A stretch of DNA of 11,170 bases from Bugula neritina (lineage: Eukaryota; Animalia; Bryozoa): the NCBI GenBank assembly GCA_964035545.1, contig CAXIUT010000140.1, forward strand, positions 1 to 11,170, read 5' to 3'. Of the stretch, positions 1 through 8,015 are shown one piece after another. A model generated the notes under the pieces. The model worked only from the letters and a program-made list of their open reading frames with translations. It was not told where the DNA came from and did no database searches. The position numbers and the translations under genes were made by a program. Each line of letters starts with the position of its first letter. Position 1 is the first letter of the stretch.

Positions 1-75
1 CCCAACCCCAACCCCAACCCCAACCCCAACCCCAACCCCAACCCCAACCCCAACCCCAACCCCAACCCCAACCCC
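1..75 (+). repeat. Left telomere, (CCCCAA)n
   Basis: Uninterrupted C4A2 tandem repeat at the very start of the window. This is the Tetrahymena-type ciliate telomere repeat, in the correct C-rich 5' orientation. Confidence 0.98.
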
Positions 76-285
76 ATACAGAATGGAATAAATAAAATAT
101 TTTAACTTTTTGATGATGATAAAACAGGATCTATTAATGTAAAAAATATCAAAAGAGTAGCTAAATAACTTGGATAAACCATGAGTCCTCAATAACTATA
201 AGAAATGCTTCAAAGAGCTGCCAGTAATGGCAAATAAATCACAAAAGATGACTTCTATGAAATCATGACTAAAAAATCATTCTGA
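76..285 (+). CDS. Centrin-family EF-hand protein, C-terminal fragment only (5'-truncated by the telomere)
   Basis: With TAA=E it reads NGINKIFELFDDDKTGSINVKNIKRVAKELGETMSPQELEEMLQRAASNGKEITKDDFYEIMTKKSF-TGA(283-285). It has EF-hand loop DDDKTGSI and the centrin signature KRVAKELGE. There is no in-frame ATG before the EF-hand. Bases 76-81 may be an intron remnant rather than coding. Confidence 0.9.
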
Positions 286-385
286 ATGATGTTCTTTAAT
301 TAATTTTAAACAATACACCTTTATGAACAGAGAGTTGATATTTTAATTATTGATATGAAGAGAATAGAATTTAAATATGGTAGAA

Positions 386-797
386 TCAACCTCTTTGAGG
401 GAACAACATAACTCTAAGAGTAGATCCCATAGCTCTTGCTGGTAAGTTTTTGGCAAATCTTGCAAGAACAGCTCCATTGTTTCCGTGACTGGTAGCAATT
501 CTTCCCCAAATGGTCTATTTATCATATGATTTACTCTGAATCTGTTATCAGCTTTTCCGGAATGAGTTTTGTAGATGTATGCTACTCTTTTACCAAAGTA
601 GTAACTAGCAGCTGATCTATCATTGACTCCTTCAAGTTTCAAGATGTTTTGGTTGGTATTTTGTGCGACTTTAGATCTACTTTAAACTTGATTTACCTTC
701 TGAAGCTAAGGAATTTAGCTCTAACCCAGAGTCTGACCTGCTTTCCTCTCTTGGGTTTAGATATTTTTTTTTATTTAGAAGCTACTTTATCAGCCAT
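386..797 (-). CDS. RPL35A: 60S ribosomal protein L35a (eL33), 123 aa, 2 introns
   Basis: MADKVASK...[49 protein letters not shown]...[46 protein letters not shown]. 20-nt GT-AG introns at 677-696 and 515-534 restore the conserved frame. Confidence 0.96.
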
Positions 798-1076
798 GTG
801 GTTTTTTAATTAATGATTATTATATTTGGAAAATCAATTAATATCAACAATACCTCAATCTATCACAAACAATATTATTTTAATTCATTTGACAGAAAAT
901 AAGTTTTTTCATCTTTTCCTTATCTTAATCGAATAATTATTAATAATATCTATGAATATTCATCATTATAATTTTATTTTTATTTTTTGATCTAATTGAT
1001 CATGAATATGATAATTCATTTAAGATAATTTATTGAGTGAGAATATAAGTTGATTCTATCATAATTTGAAAGCAAT

Positions 1077-1837
1077 TCAAACAATACTTTAACTTTTAAG
1101 CATCCTTGTAATAAAAATAACTTGAAGGCAAGAAAGAAACACAATAAAAACAGATTAAAATGCTTGAAAATAAGAATACGATGTAGATTGATGAAGCACA
1201 TATTTACCTATCTGCTGATCAAGAATATGACCTGTTACTGACTAAGTAAAAGCATTCTATATCATATCAATATTACTTATAACTTGGCTAAAGCATAAAA
1301 TAATTTTTGTTCAGCTTACAACATCTAACTCTTCTTAGCTGCTGTCTTAGGAGGATTTATCTTCTGACTCACTCTCATTATTATCATCTTTTTATTGATT
1401 GCTTGATTATTGCTTTATATTTTGATTTAATAAGTTGTTTTAGCTGTTGCATTGAACTTGAATCCAGTCATCAGGTAAAATGTATCTCTAAATATGACAT
1501 TTCGTTTATTAAATGTAATAGTAACAGTGACGTCTTATTTATCTTGTACTCTGGCAAGTAAATAAACATTATTTTGCTTCCAAAATACATCGAAAGAACC
1601 ACTTATTTATTCATCGACTTCAGGTAGTAATATAAATTAAGAATGTCTATCTAGATCAAAACTATTCTGCTAGTATATAGTTTTTTATATATGACTTTCT
1701 GAACGTTTTTAATTTTATCTATTTTTAACTTATTAATAAGGATCTTCCTCCTATAGAATAGGAGTTCCATCATTGTTGTGCCCCTTAGCGCAAAGAGATA
1801 AACTAACAAAAAGACAGAAGAGAAAGATTCGAATCAT
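1077..1837 (-). CDS. p24/TMED (emp24/gp25L) family type I membrane cargo receptor-like protein, 246 aa, 1 intron
   Basis: N-terminal signal peptide MIRIFLFCLFVSLSLC, a beta-rich GOLD-like middle, a helical linker, and C-terminal TM FESVFIVFLSCLQVIFITRML with the p24-typical E and Q, ending in a short tail ...SIV-TGA. 20-nt intron at 1257-1276. Confidence 0.75.
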
Positions 1838-1890
1838 TAGTTAATAATTATTATGTGTGATAATTATTTGAAGTAAATATAATTTGAATA

Positions 1891-3335
1891 TCATTTGATT
1901 GGGTTTTTCATTTCTGACATATCGAATACTATCAAATATTTTTAATTTAAAAACACTGAAGGATATTTTCTATTTATAAGAGGAAAATAAGTTCCAAAAG
2001 TACCCTAAACGCTAGGATTGTTCAATATTGATTATATTATCATTTATGCTACTTATTTATTTTCTACTATATACTTTTTATCAATTGATTAAAATGTGAT
2101 CTTTCTTGGTTGCTTTTTGGTTGTTTGAACTAACAAGATATCTCCCTTTGATTATATCTTTGCTACTATTATTAATTAAAAATGTGCTATAAGTAATGTC
2201 TCTTGATTTGACTTTATGTGACATTTATAGGGAGTTTCTATGTATATTTAAGTTTAAGAAAATTGAAAAATATTCGTTTTTGAGATGTTTTAGATTTAAC
2301 AGTGAATATTTATTGATTAATTTGCATAAAAATTGTCAGCATAAGGAACTGCATTGCCTAGATCACCCATATATAACTGAAACTATTGAGTTTGCCATGA
2401 ATTATCAAGAGTTATATTCAAAAGTCCTCGTTTCAAGCCTTCTAAAATAGATAACTTAATAGTCTATAAAGTAAATATTTCAACAATTCCACCATACTAG
2501 CTTTATTTAAATGATGAAGGAAGTACTTAGCAATGATCTTGTTAAACTGAATCAATTCCAAAAGATAAATAAGCAACTATTCCATGATCTTTACTTATTG
2601 ATATATTATGAACTTTATTTATATATTTCAAACTAATATTTTTGTATTCTAGTGGAATAGTAGAACTATAGAAGAGTTTATCTGAGTTAATGAACTGCCT
2701 TAACTAGTTTTTGAAGTATTTATTACATTATTTATTGATATTTTATCTGATATCATCAACAGGGACTATATTATTCAACATTTGCTCAATAATTTTATGC
2801 TAATATTAAAGAATTCCATTATTCTATACCACCCACAGTGCACTAAATGTTAACTATTTATCTTACACTACATTCCACTCATAATTTTAATTCTCTTTAA
2901 CCAACATTTTATCAAAAACCAAAGGATCAAAATAAGAACTAGCATAAGCAATCCCCTCTTTAATAAACTTATTAGATTGATCAGTAACATTATACTTCAT
3001 TTAAGACCAAATTCCAATAACTCCCATTCTTACTCTAATACTTGTACTATCTAATTAGATAAAAATATACCAAGATAACTCTACTTTTGCCAATGCTTAT
3101 TATAAGTCAACTGATATTGAATATCTATCAAATGATAGATATTGTCACTATTAGGATCATGATAAGTAAGATTGTAAGAAGATAGTTTTTTCGATATATT
3201 GTGAAAAAGGTCTTCAATGTGATCTCGGTTGGCAAGAGCACCAAAAGAAAGATAAATCGCTTTTTGAGGAATCTAACAAATAGATAGGATTTTTATTGTG
3301 AAGATCGTCAGAAGAAAAATGATATGATTTATCAT
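1891..3335 (-). CDS. Secreted protein, probable BPI/LBP/CETP (TULIP) lipid-binding family, 474 aa, 1 intron
   Basis: A TGA-free 475-codon frame appears after removing the 20-nt intron at 3051-3070. It has a signal peptide (MINHIIFLLTIFTIKILSIC) and several N-x-S/T sites. Its length and the segment GLLNITLD...LYMGDLGNAVPYADNFYANESINIHC resemble the BPI C-terminal domain by eye. The gene is solid; the family call is inference. Confidence 0.6.
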
Positions 3336-3362
3336 TTAATTTAGTAATATTATAATATATAA
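3336..3362. promoter_or_regulatory. Putative ultra-short divergent promoter/5'UTR spacer (27 nt)
   Basis: Almost pure A/T spacer between the head-to-head ATGs at 3335(-) and 3363(+). Depends on both start-codon calls being right. Confidence 0.45.
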
Positions 3363-4241
3363 ATGTTATCAGATCAAAAATCATTTCTCAGTCTATAGAA
3401 ACTCTAAGAATAACTTCTCTATGAATACAATAAACTAATCAACAACTAACAAATCAAACTAATCAATAGACAAAGTATAGTATACTCATAGCTTCCTTAG
3501 TCAGTGCCATCAAAAATAAAAAAATAAAATAAAAAATGTATAATTCTCAAGAATTGTTCAGGATTCTAATTGATGACTTTTTCACTAATGTAATTTTTAT
3601 TTAGACATTGTACGAAAGATAGTAAAAGGATTTTATAAAAGATAAGATAGAATATATGTAATTAAAATTTTATGTTTGGAAGTTGGTATATTAAGGGTCT
3701 ATTGATAAACAATCTTAAAAAAATGGCATAAAATATATAATACAATCAACCTGTTATCAATATCATCAATGATGTTGATTCTTTAACTGCTTTTTCATAA
3801 TTTTGGAAAGAATTGATTGAATAATATAGCTAAAATAATTAATAAATTATATCAGAATCATTCTATATTGACTATTTCAGTGTTATTAGTAATTATTTGG
3901 AAATAGGTTTTCATTTATATTAAAAAGATAAATTATAAATAAAATAAAAAATTATAAAACCTTTCAATAATAAAACCAAAATACCTTTTATATAAATAGT
4001 TATTAATATATAATCTAACAATGTTTAAATATAAAAGAGTTAGGAAAAGATGAAATGCATAATAATCGTTGATAAACAAAACAAATAAAATATAAAACAT
4101 TAATTCAATATCTAATCAAATACTGAATTAGAAAATAATTAATATAAGAAATTAAAAGCTCAAGCCTGGTAGACAAAACAAAAAGGATGGTAACTAGTTA
4201 AGTAAATCAAATAATTTTCAAATTAAATATAAAACATATGA
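3363..4241 (+). CDS. Hypothetical protein, 292 aa, apparently intronless
   Basis: ATG at 3363 to TGA at 4239-4241 with no in-frame TGA over 293 codons in the UAR=Glu code (MLSDQKSFLSLEKLEEELLYEYNK...KLKAQAWETKQKGWELVKEIKEFSNEIENI). It fills the space between neighbours. No recognisable motif. Confidence 0.7.
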
Positions 4242-4318
4242 TTTTTATCATGTAAATATATATTTTTATGATTATTTTGAATTAATAGTTAAAGTTTTAG
4301 ATAATATTAACAAATTGA

Positions 4319-5112
4319 TCAAAAGTAGTCATCCTATTTGATTTATAAGGCTGTAATATTTTTAATCTATAATTCATAAGGATTACAACTAAATATCCTA
4401 TTTTGAATCTCAATATTCCTCTCCTTCAAAGAATCACAAATATTCTGAGTCGATACAATAGCCATATTCAACAAACCAACTTCCTTCTTATTCCTCAACT
4501 TCTTCTCTTGCTGCATCACCTCATTAGAATTAAAAACCTTCCTCAACTACTCTATCTTCAATCGAATATCTTAAGAAATATCATCTAAGACTCTATTGAT
4601 ATTTCTATCCAAAATACTCAACTCTCCTCTGAGTATACTAACTTCATATTTTTGACTTTTAAGCTCCTTAGTTGAAATATTTATCAATTTCTAAATAATA
4701 TATTTTTTACTTATATGTACCCTACAGGAGCAACCATAGTATTGAGATAACTAAAATCTGATGAATTGTTATCATAGAGATTATCAAATCGAGGTACAAG
4801 AGTAATACTTTCCATATTTTATTTATCCTATACATTTTATTTAATATAATCTCTACTCATAAAAGATGTAAATGTTTGTAAATAGCTATCTCTTTTTTTA
4901 ACATCTGTTGTCCTATTCTGTGACTGCTTTAATTTTTTAAAATGAGTCAAAGAACCCAGTCTATCTGCATTGATAATTGAACGAGTTTTTTGTTTTGATA
5001 AATCTGATCTAGCATTCTAACATGCAGATAATCCTCTAGTTTGAATAGAATATTTAACTGAACGGAAACGAGGACGAAATGAACTGATTTTCTTATCTGA
5101 ATCAAACTACAT
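4319..5112 (-). CDS. Hypothetical protein with basic Ser-rich N-terminus and C-terminal coiled coil, 257 aa, 1 intron
   Basis: MEFDSDKKISSFRPRFRS...; consensus 20-nt intron at 4691-4710; heptad-like second exon (ILRGELSILDRNINRVLDDISEDIRLKIEELRK); TGA at 4321-4319. The start codon is the best candidate and is not proven. Confidence 0.75.
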
Positions 5113-5306
5113 CTCAATAATTATACTATTATTTTTAATTTAGTATTACTCTATTATTCTATTCTTCCAAAAAGCTCATAAAAAAAGAAAGATTCTTTAT
5201 TATTTAATTACTTCATTAAATAAAATAGATTTAAAAAAGCAAGATATTTTCTTTAAATAATAAGATTTTTAATAATTATAGAGTAAAACTTTAATAAATA
5301 AATTTA

Positions 5307-6743
5307 ATGTAAATCCCGTAGCTGGTCTCAACAATCCATCTCAAAGATTCAATATCATTCACCTTAAATTCATAAGTACATCATTTCCAATCTAGTTTTT
5401 AAACCATAATTTTGAGATAGTAAAACAATGTTTACTACGTATCAAAGATCTTGAAACAACAATGGGAAAATAACAAACGAATATCAGTAAAATATAGAAT
5501 AAACTGAATGAAATCTAGAATAAAGTAGAAGACAATATCGGATAAATAAAAATCAATAGTCAAAAAGTAAAATAGTTTAGCAATAACATAGGAGATTAGT
5601 TTATGGTATTTTTTTGATTATATAGAAAAAAATGTATGGAATATAATAAAAGACAAGAAATATGTTTGATTTCAAATAAACAGTAAGAAAACTATAATAA
5701 CTAAATAAATTTGTATAAATTGATAAATTCTAATAAAAAAATAAAGAAGTCGATTAATAAATATCTAAAATATGGAAAATAAAATAATAATTCGAAAGAT
5801 ATGTTCCACACACCATCTTAAACGATTATAAAACATAAATATAAAATACTTTTGCACATAAATAATAAAAAATAAAAAATACTAACCAAGAAATCATTAT
5901 TCTTTAATAACAAATTAATAAAATTAATAATAATATCACTGGAATTGATAGTTAAATCAAATCTAATAATAATATGCTAAAATAAATTAATTTTGTATAA
6001 ATGTTGTAAAAACTAAAGAAAACTAAAGATTAAATGGATGTTAAATTATCATAATTTTCTATTAGAATTAAGAAAAAAGCAGGAGTTAATTAACTATTAA
6101 CTTTATAAAAATTAATGATTTAAAAATTAGATAACTTCCTCGCTTAAAGCTAAAAAAATAAACCATAAAAAATATAAACTAAATAAGCATTTCTCTATCT
6201 CTAAAAGAAAGTATTCAATATTTTATTTAGATTATCTAACTACAAGCATTTATTGCCTGGAAATTACCAGATTAATAAAAAGATGCTTTATTCAGTACTA
6301 AAAAATGGCAATGTGCCTCATGTACAAAAGATATCGGTAAATTCTAAGGAAAACTTGGTCAATATCGTCCATGGTCGATATTCCCATGCAAAGAACCAGA
6401 TCCAGAAAAATCAGGAGGATTTGGATACTTGAACTATATTGACAAAATGGCTTATAAGAAAGGAACTTATCTTGATGACCAAAACATGGACAGACTAAAC
6501 AAAACATACAATGATTCCAAATAAACTCCAAGAAAAGCTACAAGATAGTCAAATATATTGAGTAAATTCGGTTCAGAATAAAGAAAATCAAGTTTGAAAG
6601 ATACATACTTCCGCGATGTAATATCCTAAAGAGGATAAAGACCAACTTTAAAACAATTCAGAGTTCAAAAAAAAGAAGCAGCTAAACCTAATTAATAAGA
6701 CCTTTAATCTGATGTTAAATAAAAATCACCAGAAAACAAATGA
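5307..6743 (+). CDS. Long coiled-coil protein with C-terminal CASC motif, 458 aa, 3 introns
   Basis: The frame is open from ATG 5307 to TGA 6741-6743 after removing 20-nt introns at 5376-5395, 5606-5625 and 6211-6230. An E/K/N/I-rich coiled coil is followed by DALFSTKKWQCASCTKDIGKFEGKLGQYRPWSIFP. Confidence 0.82.
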
Positions 6744-6777
6744 TCTTTAACATATCAAATTTATATAATAATAACTC

Positions 6778-7256
6778 ATGATAAAATTGTTGATTCTTTT
6801 AGATTTAGTCCTGGCTGTTTATACAGGAACCGATAACAAAGATGATAACTAGGAGTTGGTTCGAATGAGAAGAACGTCTTGCCTTATCATAACTAGAAAT
6901 TATCTTAATTCACTTCATAGCAAAATAAAAACTATGATGGCTGATAAGAGTTAAGCTGATTAAAGGATTCATATTGCTAAATTTTATGGATATTTAGGAT
7001 AAATATGTGAAGAGAATATCAGTTAATCATAATTACAAGAAGTATTGATGAATATATTTAGTTTTATATGGAAGATAGTGATTTGCAAGTGTAAAACTTT
7101 TATTATTTATTTTCTGATGTTTCATTTGTTGAAGCTTTAAGTGATTTGACTTTTAACGATAAACAAAAATAAATACTCAAGTTCCATCAGTAGTTTGATA
7201 AAAAGAATAAAAATCAACAAAATAAATAAAAATCAAAAGATTCAGAATAATTTTGA
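6778..7256 (+). CDS. Small signal-peptide protein, tandem paralog A, 152 aa, 1 intron
   Basis: MIKLLILLDLVLAVYTGTDNKDDNEELVRMRRTSCLIITRNY...YLGEICEENISESELQE|FYMED...KDSEEF-TGA. Intron at 7042-7061. Colinear with the paralog at 7386-7873. Confidence 0.88.
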
Positions 7257-7385
7257 TCAAATTCATTAGTTTCTAAAACACTTCTATTATCTATTAACAT
7301 TTTTGTATATTTTTTAAATGAATATTTGTAATAATCGAGATCAATTCAAAAATAACATTTGATTAACATCATAAAATATAAACTA

Positions 7386-7873
7386 ATGATCAAAATATTC
7401 ATAATCTTAGCTTTGATTCTTCTTCTTCACGCAGGCACATAAAAAAAAGATGATAACTAATAACTAGTTCGAATGAAAAGAACATCTTGCCTTGTCATTA
7501 CTCGCCATTATGTCCTTTCATTCCAAAACAAATTGAAAACTCTAATCGTAGATATGCACTAAGATGACCAAATGGCACATATTTGGAAACTGTATGGGCA
7601 TCTAGGATAAATATGCTAAAATAACATCAGTTAGTCTTAAATACAAGAAGTATCTATCATTTTATTTAGTTTTACACACAAGAAAATTAATTAGTAATTG
7701 AAAACTTTTTTTACATGTTTTCTGACTTTTCATTGATTGCTACGTTAAACGATTCGACTCTTAGCGAAAAAGAAAAAGAAGTTATTTAATTTCATAAAAA
7801 TTTTGATTAAAAAAATAGTGAAGAGAAAGGGAAAGAGAAAAGTAAAGAATAAATATATTTTGAAGATTTTTGA
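7386..7873 (+). CDS. Small signal-peptide protein, tandem paralog B, 155 aa, 1 intron
   Basis: MIKIFIILALILLLHAGTEKKDDNEELVRMKRTSCLVITRHY...HLGEICENNISESEIQE|FYTQE...IYFEDF-TGA. Intron at 7650-7669, in the same position and phase as in paralog A. Confidence 0.88.
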
Positions 7874-8015
7874 TCAAATATAACATTTAATATGATAAAT
7901 ATATGAGTCATCTATAATAAGCTAAAATATTCAACATTCTTTGTATTTTACAATAGATATAAAGAATAATTAAACCAATAGAATCAACTATCATCAATAA
8001 TTTATTAAAACCATA

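Noticed and set aside
343-642. Supplied 99-aa ORF as the full RPL35A, or as a frameshifted pseudogene
   Set aside because: It reads through the 515-534 intron into the wrong frame. The spliced 386-797 model gives an intact protein.
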